From NCBI GenBank assembly GCA_963845565.1, contig CAWJSJ010000005.1:640001-704000 (forward strand): DNA of 64,000 nt, written 5' to 3'. The translations under genes were made by a program, and so were the position numbers. The first letter of the stretch is position 1. Every line of letters begins with the position of its first letter. Positions 12,533 to 22,416 of this stretch are shown piece after piece. The notes beneath the pieces were generated by a model, which saw only the letters and a list, made by a program, of their open reading frames with translations, was not told the DNA's origin and made no database searches. Origin of the DNA: an uncultured Methylomirabilota bacterium. GTDB taxonomy: Bacteria; Methylomirabilota; Methylomirabilia; Methylomirabilales; 2-02-FULL-66-22.

Positions 12533-13831
12533 ATGAAGACCTTGACCCCCGCGCGGTCATCCGCACGCATCCGGGCGCACGTGATCGCGGTGGCCGCCCT
12601 TTGCGCCGCGATGCTGGTGGCCGGCGGGCCGGCGGCCGATGCTCAGACGCGCTACGAGACGCCGGCGGTCCTGAGCGCCAAATCCCTGCTCCCGCCGGAC
12701 CAGCTCGCGGGGCCCCTCTTTCAGGTGGATGATCGGGTGCCGACCGACGGGTACCTGGCGCACTTCACACTGCGCTCGAGTCTGGGGACCTTCACAGTGC
12801 CGGGGCGCACGCTGCTCAAGATCCGCATCGAGGAGCTGCAGGCGATCCAGCAGCTCAACCAGACGAGCCAGACCCAGACGTTCGTCGATGGGTTGGGGAG
12901 GGCGGCGGCCCGGCCCGTCGAGGCGGTCGTGAACATCGTCTCTGATCCGGTGGGGACGGTGGAGAGCCTGCCCGCAGGGATTTCCCGCTTCTTCAGCCGG
13001 GTCGAGGCTGGTGCCCAGAGCGTCGCCGCCGCGGCCACGGATCCCAATAAGACCAGCCAGCAGGCGGCCCAAGACACGGCGCAGCGGGTCGGGGACGTCA
13101 CCATCACCGCCCTGGGTTTCGAACAGGTTCGACGGCAGATGGCGAAATCGCTGGGGGTGGATCCCTACACGACCAATCCGGTCCTGGCGCAAAAACTCAC
13201 CGACACGGCCTGGGTTGCGTTTTCGGCTCGATTGGGAGTGGATCTTCTGATGTCGGCAGTCGTGCCGGGCTCGACGTTCATCTCGCTCACTGCCATAACA
13301 AGCGATCTTATCTACGACACGCCAAAGGCCGACCTGATCCTCCTGAACCAGCAGAAGCTGATCCGCATGGGGGCGAGCGAGGCCCTGACTCAGGCGTTAC
13401 TCAAGAACCGCTGGTACTCCTTGTCGGTGCTGACCGCGCTGGTGGCCGACCTGGAGCGTCTGGCGGGTGCCAAGGGGCGGCCGGCCATCATCGCTCTGGC
13501 CACGACTGTCGTGAACGAGGAAGAGGCTCGGTTTCTCGCCGCGAGCGTCCAGTTGCTGGCCCGGCTGAACGTGACGGGCGTGCCCCTCCGGGAACTGGCG
13601 GCGCGGCAGACCGTGGTTGGGGTCATGCCCGGCGGCGGTATCGTGGTCCCCGCCCCGGTGGATTACCTCTCCTGGACCGAGCCCATCGCGCGGGTGGCGG
13701 ACCGGAGGGACCTCCGGGCTCCCCGGCGCGGCGTGTGGTTCAGCGGTCGAATGTCGGCGCTCGCCCACCGAGAACTGTCCCGGCTCGGGTGGGCGTTCCA
13801 TCCCGCGCCGTCGCTTTCCGGAGCACCGTAG
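12533..13831 (+). CDS. Conserved secreted hypothetical protein
   Basis: AGGAGG RBS, signal peptide, uninterrupted frame, GVDPYTTNPVL motif. Confidence 0.75.
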   Translation: MKTLTPARSSARIRAHVIAVAALCAAMLVAGGPAADAQTRYETPAVLSAKSLLPPDQLAGPLFQVDDRVPTDGYLAHFTLRSSLGTFTVPGRTLLKIRIEELQAIQQLNQTSQTQTFVDGLGRAAARPVEAVVNIVSDPVGTVESLPAGISRFFSRVEAGAQSVAAAATDPNKTSQQAAQDTAQRVGDVTITALGFEQVRRQMAKSLGVDPYTTNPVLAQKLTDTAWVAFSARLGVDLLMSAVVPGSTFISLTAITSDLIYDTPKADLILLNQQKLIRMGASEALTQALLKNRWYSLSVLTALVADLERLAGAKGRPAIIALATTVVNEEEARFLAASVQLLARLNVTGVPLRELAARQTVVGVMPGGGIVVPAPVDYLSWTEPIARVADRRDLRAPRRGVWFSGRMSALAHRELSRLGWAFHPAPSLSGAP

Positions 13832-13833
13832 AT

Positions 13834-13888
13834 GGCAATTGGGCGACCGGGCAAGCTGGCGATTCGGCAATCAGGCGACTGGGCAGCA
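13834..13888. repeat. 8-bp tandem array, solo arm
   Basis: GGCAATTG GGCGACCG GGCAAGCT GGCGATTC GGCAATCA GGCGACTG. Confidence 0.8.
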
Positions 13889-13975
13889 GAGAACGATCGA
13901 TCCGTGCGATCACGCCGTTGCCCGCACAGGGGTCTCCCATCGCGAGGAAGGTGGCGATGGAGTAGGGGGTGATCC

Positions 13976-15445
13976 ATGAGTCGAAGCGTGCGGGCTATTG
14001 GGGTCATGCTTGGTGCGGTGGTGTGCCTCCTCGTGCCTTCGGCCTCTGAGGGGCAGGAGCTGTCACCGCGCTTGCTTTCCGTCATTGCCAAGAAGTGGAC
14101 TGGCGACTTTGATGGGATGGTGAAGCGTCGCGTCATCCGCGTCCTGGTCGTGTACAGCAAGACCTTCTACTTCCTCGACAAGGGGACCGAGCGCGGGATC
14201 GCCTATGATGCGCTGAAGCTGTTCGAGGACGACATCAACAAGCAGCCCGCGGTGAAGAAGCAGCTTGCAGCAAAGCATCTTCGGGTGAACGTGGTGTTTC
14301 TTCCGGTCCATCGGGACGAGCTCATCCCCGCGCTGCTCGAAGGCCGCGGCGACCTCGCGGCCGCCTTTCTCACCGTCACGCCCGAGCGACAGAAGCTCGT
14401 GGAGTTCTCCGATCCCATCCTCGGCGGTGTGGATGAGATCGTGATTTCTGGCCCCGGCGCGCCACCGGTTGCGGACCGGGAGGATCTGGCAGGCAAGGAG
14501 GTATTCGTCCGGAAGTCGAGCAGCTATTACGAGAGCCTGCAGACGCTGAATGTGGAATTCGCCAAGGCAGGGAAGGCGCCCGTGCGGGTGAAGTCGGCAC
14601 CCGAGGAACTGGAGGACGAAGACCTGCTGGAGATGGTGAACGCCGGGCTGGTGCCGCTCACCGTTGTGGACAGCCAGAAGGCGCAGTTCTGGAAGCAGAT
14701 CTACCAGAAGATCGTCCTCCACCCCAACGTGGCCGTACGCACCGGTGGGGAGATTGCCTGGATGGTCCGCAAGGACAACCCGAAGCTCAAGGCGGCGGTG
14801 AACGACTTCATCCGGCGCCGCGACAAAGGCGAAAGAGAGGCGCAGATCCTGATCGCAGAGTACCTGAAGAACACGAAATGGGTGAAAGAGGCAACCTCGG
14901 ACGCCGAGATCAAGAAGTTTCAGCAGACCGTCGAACTCTTCAAGAAGTACGGCGAGACGTACGACATCGACGCTCTACTGATGATGGCGCAGGGCTACCA
15001 AGAGTCCACCCTCGACCAGAATGCGCGGAGTCCCGGGGGAGCGATCGGGATCATGCAGCTCTTGCCCGCTACCGGCACCGCCATGCAGGTCGGCGACATC
15101 ACCGAGATGGAGGCGAACATCCATGCCGGGGTGAAGTACGTCCGGTTCATGGTCGATCAGTATCTCAAGAATGAACCGATGGATCGGCTGAACAAGGCGT
15201 TGTTTGCCTTTGCCTCGTACAACGCGGGTCCCAACCGGATTGCCCAGCTACGGCGGGAGGCAACCCAGCAGGGGTTCGACCCCAACGTGTGGTTCAACAA
15301 CGTCGAGATCGTCGCCGCCAAGCGGATCGGAAGGCAGACGCCACAGTACGTCAGCAACATCTACAAATACTACATTGCCTACACGCTGATCACCGAGGCT
15401 CAGGAGGAGCGCGCCAAGGCGATCAAGGGCCTCAAGGGATCGTGA
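13976..15445 (+). CDS. MltF-like lytic transglycosylase (solute-binding domain + SLT domain)
   Basis: N-terminal family-3 SBP fold; YQESTLDQ catalytic Glu, GIMQLL, SYNAG. Confidence 0.9.
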   Translation: MSRSVRAIGVMLGAVVCLLVPSASEGQELSPRLLSVIAKKWTGDFDGMVKRRVIRVLVVYSKTFYFLDKGTERGIAYDALKLFEDDINKQPAVKKQLAAKHLRVNVVFLPVHRDELIPALLEGRGDLAAAFLTVTPERQKLVEFSDPILGGVDEIVISGPGAPPVADREDLAGKEVFVRKSSSYYESLQTLNVEFAKAGKAPVRVKSAPEELEDEDLLEMVNAGLVPLTVVDSQKAQFWKQIYQKIVLHPNVAVRTGGEIAWMVRKDNPKLKAAVNDFIRRRDKGEREAQILIAEYLKNTKWVKEATSDAEIKKFQQTVELFKKYGETYDIDALLMMAQGYQESTLDQNARSPGGAIGIMQLLPATGTAMQVGDITEMEANIHAGVKYVRFMVDQYLKNEPMDRLNKALFAFASYNAGPNRIAQLRREATQQGFDPNVWFNNVEIVAAKRIGRQTPQYVSNIYKYYIAYTLITEAQEERAKAIKGLKGS

Positions 15446-15521
15446 CGCACGCCCAGGTGGGCGAGGTATTTCGAATCAGCAATGGTCCGTCCTGCATAGT
15501 CCCGCGACACGTGGTGACACC

Positions 15522-17033
15522 ATGACGCCAGACGGTACGATCTCGCGAGAGGTGGCCGACGCCGCCTTTGTGGCAATTCGAATGGTGCTGGCCCTTGCCC
15601 TGGTCGTCGTCCTGGCCGTCTGCGTGCGTCGGGCGATCCTGACGTTTGCCGGCGACGGGTACCGGCACCTCGGCCGCCGGAAGTGGCGATTGGCGGGTGC
15701 GAATGTGCTGGCAGTCGTCCTCCTTGAGTTGGCGCGGGCGCCGGTTGAGCGGATGCTGACCGCCTTCGCGGGTGCGATCGGTCCCGTGGTCGTGATTCCG
15801 GACCCCCAGTGGCTGGGGGTCGCCTTGATCGGCCTGTATCATACGGGCGCGGCCGCACTCACACTGGTGCTGGCGATCCAGATCGTGGGCGCGCTGTACT
15901 GGGGCGTGGAGGCCCGGCGTGACATATGGCGCGCCCGGATCGGACCGTCACAAGCAGTGGGAACCGCTAGGGACTTTCGTGGTGAACTCCTTGATGCGGT
16001 TAGCTGGTTGAACCGGGCGGTCCGCGCAATTCTGCTCATCGGGCTCCTGGTCTCGTTCCTGACGGTGACCCTCCGGTTCTTCCCCCGGACGGCGCCCGTC
16101 GTGGATGCGGTGCGGCTGTACCTGGCCGATCCGGCCCGGACCATCGGCCTGGCCATCGCCCAGTACCTCCCCAACCTGGGCTATCTGACGGTGATCGGAT
16201 TCCTCGGATGGCTCGCCTTGCGGCTGCTGCGCCACACGTTCAGCGCGCTGGGTAACGGCAACCTGGTGATCCGGGGTTTCCTCCCCGAATGGGCCGAGCC
16301 GACCTACAAGCTGTCCCGAACGCTGCTGCTGCTGTTTCTCTTGATGGTGAGCTTTCCGTATCTGCCCGGGGCGGGGTCACAGTTCTTCCAAGGGTTCTCG
16401 GTGTTCGTCGGCGCTCTGTTGACGTTGGGCTCGGCGGGTGCCATCGGCAACATCGTCGCCGGAACCGTCCTCACCTACACGCGGGCCTTTCACGTCGGGG
16501 ACATGGTCCGGCTCGGCGAGACGACCGGTGTGGTGATCGAGAAGACCCTTTTGGTCACCCGCCTGCGCACCATCGAACATGAAAAGGTGACGATTCCCAA
16601 CGGCAGCGTCCTGGCGAGCTCGGTGGTGAACTTCAGCGCCGGCGCCGTGGCGGGAGGCTTTGTGCTGACGGTACGCGCCGGCATCGGGTACGACGTGGAT
16701 TGGCGGACGGTCCACCGGCTGATGCTCGAAGGCGCGGGCCAGACCCCGCAGATCCTGGCCGATCCCGCCCCCCAGGTCTGGCAGACAAGCCTGGGCGACT
16801 ACGCGGTCCACTACGAGCTGCGCGTCTGGACGGACCAGCCGGTCGCCATGTTCGAGACCCACTCCACCTTGCGCCGCAACGTGCTGGATGCCTTCAACCG
16901 GGCTGGCGTCGAGATCATGACCCCCAGTATCCTGGCGCACCGCGACGCGAGCGGGCTGGCGATTCCGCAGGACGCCTTCCCGCAACGGTCCGCACGGCGC
17001 GGAATCGCCGTGGAGGTGGACGGGCGCGGCTAG
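15522..17033 (+). CDS. mscS: Small-conductance mechanosensitive channel
   Basis: GNIVAG, FHVGDMV, TIPNG, GVEIMTP; multiple TM segments. Confidence 0.9.
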   Translation: MTPDGTISREVADAAFVAIRMVLALALVVVLAVCVRRAILTFAGDGYRHLGRRKWRLAGANVLAVVLLELARAPVERMLTAFAGAIGPVVVIPDPQWLGVALIGLYHTGAAALTLVLAIQIVGALYWGVEARRDIWRARIGPSQAVGTARDFRGELLDAVSWLNRAVRAILLIGLLVSFLTVTLRFFPRTAPVVDAVRLYLADPARTIGLAIAQYLPNLGYLTVIGFLGWLALRLLRHTFSALGNGNLVIRGFLPEWAEPTYKLSRTLLLLFLLMVSFPYLPGAGSQFFQGFSVFVGALLTLGSAGAIGNIVAGTVLTYTRAFHVGDMVRLGETTGVVIEKTLLVTRLRTIEHEKVTIPNGSVLASSVVNFSAGAVAGGFVLTVRAGIGYDVDWRTVHRLMLEGAGQTPQILADPAPQVWQTSLGDYAVHYELRVWTDQPVAMFETHSTLRRNVLDAFNRAGVEIMTPSILAHRDASGLAIPQDAFPQRSARRGIAVEVDGRG

Positions 17034-17122
17034 ATCAACCGGCTGCGGCCTGAAAGCGACGCGCTACGGGAAACCGGGAGAGGCCACGCTGAACACCCCA
17101 CGTCACCCTGGGGGGCCCAACG

Positions 17123-17900
17123 ATGTCTGACTTGCATTTTCGCTACGCCGAGCAACTCCCTATCGCGCTGCTCCTGACGAGCGTGACGGTGGTCATCCAC
17201 GGAATCGGGATGAGCGGGGTTCGGCGTTGCTTCGAGCGTTTCTGGTCGCCCGCAAAGGGTCGCCCGCGCTCCAGGTCGCACCTGGTATTCATGGTCGGCA
17301 TCGTGGCGATCATGATCGTGACTGTGGTTGCGGTGGGCGAGCCGACGGGATTCGGCATCACGGTGGAACTGCTGATGCTCGCCAGCGCGGCGGCGGTCGT
17401 CGGCGGCCTGTTCATCGGCACCGAGTCGGCGGGGAAGCGGCGCCGACCCTTCGTCCAGGATCGGCACCTGGAGCGGGGCGCTGGTGCTCGAGCTGCTGGC
17501 GGTGGTGCCTTTCTGTGCGCGGTGCCGCCGTTGTTCCACGAACTCGCGAACAGCACGCTGCTGCACGCGCAGGCGCCCGGCGCCGTCGATGTCACGCTGG
17601 GTGCCTCCGAACTGCTGCCAGCGATGGCGATCCTGCCGTTCATGCTCTACCAACTGGCCGGCTTCGGCACGCTGCACTTCGTCGTGCCGAAGCCGGTGAA
17701 CTGGGCGATCAACCTCGCCATCCTCGGCTTGATCATCGCCGCTCCGTCGCCAACCGCACGCGGCGCGTTCGGCTGGAGAAGGCGTTCGGCGGACTCCTGG
17801 TGCTGGGCATGGCCGGCACCGTGTTCTACGGCGTCCTCAAGCTCCGGCAGATGCAGGCGGACTACGCGCTGCGAGCGCGCCAAAGGAATCAAAGTGAGGC
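17123..17900 (+). pseudogene. Chimeric membrane-protein fragments (N-terminus resembling two-TM ion-channel proteins joined near 17320 to an unrelated membrane protein)
   Basis: LLLTSVTVVIHGIG start but no pore motif follows; downstream hydrophobic frames shift twice. Confidence 0.4.
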
Positions 17901-17936
17901 GACCGCACGACCGTTTCACCAGGGAGGAGACACACC

Positions 17937-19067
17937 GTGTGGTGGATCAGCTATCGAGGTGAAGGCAAGACCGGCGTCGACAACATCGGCGTCTTCGAGG
18001 ACGACGGCACGCCGCGCAAGACAGCATCCGCTGCTCCTCGACCCGTCGACCGATGCGCACCCGTTGCACATCGCCCGCGGCTTCGCGCTCGTGGGCGACG
18101 ATCTCTACATCGCCAACGCCTGGCGCAAGGACAGCCACGTCGCCCGTTACCGCCGCCACGGCGACACCTTCCATTTCGCCGAGGTGGTGGTGACCACCAA
18201 GCACGTTTCGGCGATGGTCCACCCCTTCGACGTGGAACTCGGCGACGACGGCCGGCTCTACGTGTCGTGCCAGGACACCAACACCGTCGTCGCCATTCTG
18301 CCGAAGACGCGCAAGCCGGCGCCCGTGGCGGCGCACCTGCGCAGGAACTTTCCCGACGGGAACTTCCTTCCCGGCACGCTCGTCGCCTCCAGCCAGGGCC
18401 GGCTCCCCGAAGTCGGCGACCGCGCGCCCTGGACGTGCCGTCGCCGCAGGGCCTCAAGGTGGTGCTCGACGTGCACGGCAAACCCCGGCACTCCGTGCGC
18501 GGGATCATCGTGCACCGCAAGCATCTCTACGTGGCGGACGAGGCGGGGGACGCGGTCAAGGTCTTCGAGGTGAACTCGGGGCGGCTCGTGGCGCGCATCA
18601 AGGGGAGCAAGCTCACGAAGCCCGTGCACCTCATCCTGCACGGCGACACACTCTACATCGGCGCCGCCGGCACCGGCAGCATCCTCGCCTTCGACATCCC
18701 CGCGAAGGCGCCGCGCGGCAAGCTCAAGGCGCGCACGGTCATCGACGGCAAGCTCAAGGCCCCGTCGGGCTTCGCGATCGGCCCGGACGGCGATCTCTAC
18801 GTGGCCGAGCGGTTCGACCAGCGGGTGCGGCGCTTCTCCGCGAAGGGGAAGAAGAAGGGGACGTTCATCGACGGGCTCCCGGACATGCCGGAGTTCCTGG
18901 TGCACGTGCCGGATCGGGCTCTGGCCGCACCTGGGCCATCGAGATCCTGCGTCGCGGTGCTGAGTCGATCAGGTCGCGTGCTGCGCGAACTCGTTCGCCT
19001 GATCGGCGCAGACGGGATGAAGGCGATGATTCTTCGGTCCCATCTGCCCGCCAGAAGGCCAGTATAG
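17937..19067 (+). CDS. NHL/beta-propeller repeat protein, frameshifted; natural end probably near 18915
   Basis: GGAGG RBS + GTG; HPFDVELGDDGRLYVS, LYVADE, PSGFAIGPDGDLYVAE. Confidence 0.7.
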   Translation: MWWISYRGEGKTGVDNIGVFEDDGTPRKTASAAPRPVDRCAPVAHRPRLRARGRRSLHRQRLAQGQPRRPLPPPRRHLPFRRGGGDHQARFGDGPPLRRGTRRRRPALRVVPGHQHRRRHSAEDAQAGARGGAPAQELSRRELPSRHARRLQPGPAPRSRRPRALDVPSPQGLKVVLDVHGKPRHSVRGIIVHRKHLYVADEAGDAVKVFEVNSGRLVARIKGSKLTKPVHLILHGDTLYIGAAGTGSILAFDIPAKAPRGKLKARTVIDGKLKAPSGFAIGPDGDLYVAERFDQRVRRFSAKGKKKGTFIDGLPDMPEFLVHVPDRALAAPGPSRSCVAVLSRSGRVLRELVRLIGADGMKAMILRSHLPARRPV

Positions 19068-19400
19068 CCCCGGCAGTGCCGGCCTGACCATTGGCTTGCA
19101 TGTTGAAATCAACCAGTACGTGGAAGTCGCGCTCGGTTGGAAATCCTCCGGACACTGAGCCAAAGAGTGCCGCCTTCGAATATGATGCTTCCGGCAAAAG
19201 GTTGGGACTCCACCTTCGGGATCTCATGCGCGCGCGGCTATTGGTCTTACCTCTCCGGTGATCCACGCGGGACGGCCCCGTTGGTCAGCAAGGCCGCGAG
19301 TTCGGGGATCCAGTCGCCCGAGATTCAACAGGGAATGGCTCAGAGGATTGGGCCACGAAGGCAACATCGCCACGCAAACCACCCAGAATAGTGGAATTCG

Positions 19401-19480
19401 GGGCACCATACGGATTTGAGAAACGGATCGGGGGGGGTAGGGGAACCGACGGCACGGCGGCGGAAATGAGTATGGTCTCC
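19401..19480. repeat. Imperfect 17-bp inverted repeat
   Basis: GGGCACCATACGGATTT ... AAATGAGTATGGTCTCC. Confidence 0.5.
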
Positions 19481-19579
19481 ACTCTGTGGGAAAGGAGCGG
19501 CGATTGTGGTATGGTGCATCGGCCATTCCGCAGGCAGCGATTCGTCATCCATCAGTGCCCCTCTGTGGAGACATTACCG

Positions 19580-19805
19580 GTGACCATCGCCGAGTTCATC
19601 GCCAAATGGAAGAAAGCCGAGCGGAAGGAGCGGCCGCGGCTCAAGAGCATTTCTTGAACCTCTGGTACCTGGTGCAGGTGGACGCTCCAGTCTTTGCGGC
19701 CTACGGGTGGGGGGTTCACGCGTCGGCAACGAAGAGAATGTGCGCGAACTGCTCTCGGAGAATGCGTTGCGCTCTATCCCCGTTTCTCCAGCGGCGGCGG
19801 AGTAG
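19580..19805 (+). pseudogene. Internally deleted MmeI-like (type IIL/IIG) restriction-methyltransferase relic
   Basis: N-terminal TIAEFIAKWKKAERKERAAAQEHFLNL joined to C-terminal DAPVFAAYGW...NEENVRELLSENALR. Confidence 0.7.
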
Positions 19806-19894
19806 GCGCACACACTGTTTCGGGGGTCGGCCCAGCGGGCCGCCCCGGGAGCGCCGGCGCGCTGAGCGCGCGACCCGGTGCGGAGGGGGACGCG

Positions 19895-20152
19895 ATGGTA
19901 CCCGAGGAAATGGTCCGGGAGGCCTGGCTGCGGGCGGAAGCCCTGTGCGAATGTCGGAAGGAATCCCACGGCCACCCGGGCCGCTGCAACCAGTTCTTGA
20001 TTTGGGCGGAGCGCGGGGAGACGGGCCGGGGCGCCTGGGAGGCGCGGCAGCGCGACGATCCCCGGCTGCCTCGCTGTGAGATCCTGTGCGCGGCGTGCTA
20101 CGCGAAGGCCACGGGGCGGGTGCCGATGGCGGAAAACCACCTTCCGCGATGA
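19895..20152 (+). CDS. Small Cys-rich HNH-like (zinc-binding) protein
   Basis: GGAGG RBS; CEC..H.H..RC and CEILCAAC; 85 aa. Confidence 0.65.
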   Translation: MVPEEMVREAWLRAEALCECRKESHGHPGRCNQFLIWAERGETGRGAWEARQRDDPRLPRCEILCAACYAKATGRVPMAENHLPR

Positions 20153-20260
20153 CGGGCGGGGTTGTAAGAGGGAACGGTGGTGAGGGGAGACCGTGATGGC
20201 CAAGAGGCCACTCGCTCCCCTGTGCAGGAGCGCGACAGAGGCGTGCAGGACAGCGACTCC

Positions 20261-21259
20261 ATGAGACGTCGGTCAGGCGCGAATGCCGTGTGCGTACACA
20301 CTGTCGGTCCAGAGCGCGGGGTCGCCCGGCCGTCCCTGGTTTCGTGGGCGGTCCTGTGCGTCGTGCTGCTGGCGTGGATCGCCGGCAGCGGCTGCTCGCT
20401 GCTGCGTCGTTATGCGGTCGACCAGTTTGCCGACGCCGTCGCCCACAGCGACACGACCTTGTCCAGCGAGGAGGACCCGGAACTGGTCAGGGCCGCCGCC
20501 CCCTTCAATCTCAAACTCGTGGAGAGCTTGCTGGCGGAAAGCCCGCAGCACCGGGGCCTGCTGTCCGCCGCGGCGAGCGGCTTTACTCAGTATGCCTTTG
20601 CCTTCGTGCAACAGGACGCCGACGAACTGGAGGCGCGCGATCTGGCCGCCGCCGAGGCGTTGCGGACCCGGGCCAGGCGCCTCTACCTGCGCGCCCGTAA
20701 CTACGGTCTTCGCGGACTGGCCGTGAATCACCCCGGCTTTCCCGATGCCTTGCTGGCCGATCCCAGAACCGCGGTGCGCGCCACGACGCCCGCTGATGTG
20801 TCGCTCCTGTATTGGACCGCAGCCGGATGGGCAGCGGCCATTTCCCTCTCCCAAGACAACCCTGGGCTCGTCGCGCAGATCCCGGCCATGGAAGCCTTGA
20901 TGGATCGAGCGCTGGAACTGGACGACGGTTACGGTCGCGGGGCGATTCACACGTTTCTGATCACCTACGAAATGAGCCGCCAGGGGGCGGCCGGCGATCC
21001 CGCAGTGCGCGCCCGCGCACATTTCGAGCGGGCGATGGCGCTTGCGCAGGGAACCAGCGCCGCGCCGCTGGTGGCTCTGGCCGAAGCGGTGACGATACGG
21101 CAACAGGACGTGAAGGAATTCGAGTCGCTGCTGAACCGGGCGCTGGCCATAGATCCTGACGCCAACCCGGACACGCGGCTCCTGAATCTGGTCATGCAGC
21201 GCCGAGCGCGCTGGCTCCTGTCGCGGAAAGCGGACTTGTTCTTGATTGAGGAAGAGTGA
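20261..21259 (+). CDS. TRAP transporter TatT component (lipoprotein)
   Basis: AGSGC lipobox-like; EEDPELVRAAAPFNLK, YAFAFV, ARAHFERAM; adjacent to dctP; start uncertain. Confidence 0.88.
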   Translation: MRRRSGANAVCVHTVGPERGVARPSLVSWAVLCVVLLAWIAGSGCSLLRRYAVDQFADAVAHSDTTLSSEEDPELVRAAAPFNLKLVESLLAESPQHRGLLSAAASGFTQYAFAFVQQDADELEARDLAAAEALRTRARRLYLRARNYGLRGLAVNHPGFPDALLADPRTAVRATTPADVSLLYWTAAGWAAAISLSQDNPGLVAQIPAMEALMDRALELDDGYGRGAIHTFLITYEMSRQGAAGDPAVRARAHFERAMALAQGTSAAPLVALAEAVTIRQQDVKEFESLLNRALAIDPDANPDTRLLNLVMQRRARWLLSRKADLFLIEEE

Positions 21260-21269
21260 GGCACGCCCG

Positions 21270-22416
21270 ATGGAAAACCATAGCGTGGTGACGTCACCGC
21301 CGCAGGGGCCGATCCCGCCTGTGGCGCCCGGTGCAAGAAAATGGGCGCCGCAGAGCGCGCGGAAACTGAACGGACTCACGCGCAGAAGATTCTTGGCCGT
21401 CGTGCTGGCCGTGGGACTGGGTGGCCTGTGGGGCTCCCTCGACCGCGTCTTCGGTGCCGGCAGCCCGGTGAAGGTGCGGCTGGGTACGCTCGCCCCGAGA
21501 GGCTCCTCGTACAGCAAGCACTTGGTGGCCATGGGCGAACAATGGCGGCAAGCGCCGGGCGGGGGCGTGCTGCTGACCGTCTATCCCGACGGCGTGATGG
21601 GCAACGAGGCCGACATGGTTCGCCGCATGAGATTGGGCCAACTGCAGGCCGGGATGCTGACCGCGACGGGCCTGGCGCAGATCGAGCCGGCTGTCACCGG
21701 CCTCCAACTCATGCCGATGATGTTCCGCTCGCTCGAGGAGGTGGATTACATCGGCGCGAGGCTGCAGCCCATGCTGGAGAAGCGACTGGAGGAGAAGGGG
21801 TTCGTCGTGCTGTTCTGGGGGGATACCGGCTGGGTACGGTTCTTCTCCAAGCAGCCCGTGATCCGCCCCGACGACTTGCGGAAGACCAAGTTGTTCGTCT
21901 GGGCGGGGAGCGTGAACGAAATAGAGGCGTACCGCTCGATCGGCTTCAATCCTGTCCCCCTGGAGACGGTGGACATTCTGCCCAATCTGCAAACCGGTTT
22001 GATCAACGCGGTTCCGTTGCCGCCGAGCATTGCCCTGGCCGGCCAGGTGGATACCGTGGCGCCCCACATGCTCGATCTCGCCTGGGTACCACTGGTCGGT
22101 GCGGCGGTCATGACCAAGAAGGCCTGGGACACCATCCCGCCGGAGGGGCGGGACACCGTGCGCAAAACAGCCGCGGCGACCGGCACGCTCCTGAAGGCCG
22201 ATGGCCGACGCGAGAGCGCGGAATCGATCGAGGCGATGCGGAAACGCGGGTTGCAGGTTCACACGCTCACCCCGGACGTCGAGGCCGAGTGGCGGCGCGA
22301 GGCGGAGGCGGCATATCCCAGGATCCGCGGGGCGGTTGTCCCGGCGGACATCTTCGACGAAGTGGTCACCGCAGTTGAAAACCTTCCGCGCCGCGCGAGG
22401 CGAGGGCAAGAAATGA
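21270..22416 (+). CDS. dctP: TRAP substrate-binding protein DctP
   Basis: LGTLAPRGS, YPDGVMGNEADMVRRMRLGQL; true stop at 22414-22416 after correcting one indel near 22372. Confidence 0.9.
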
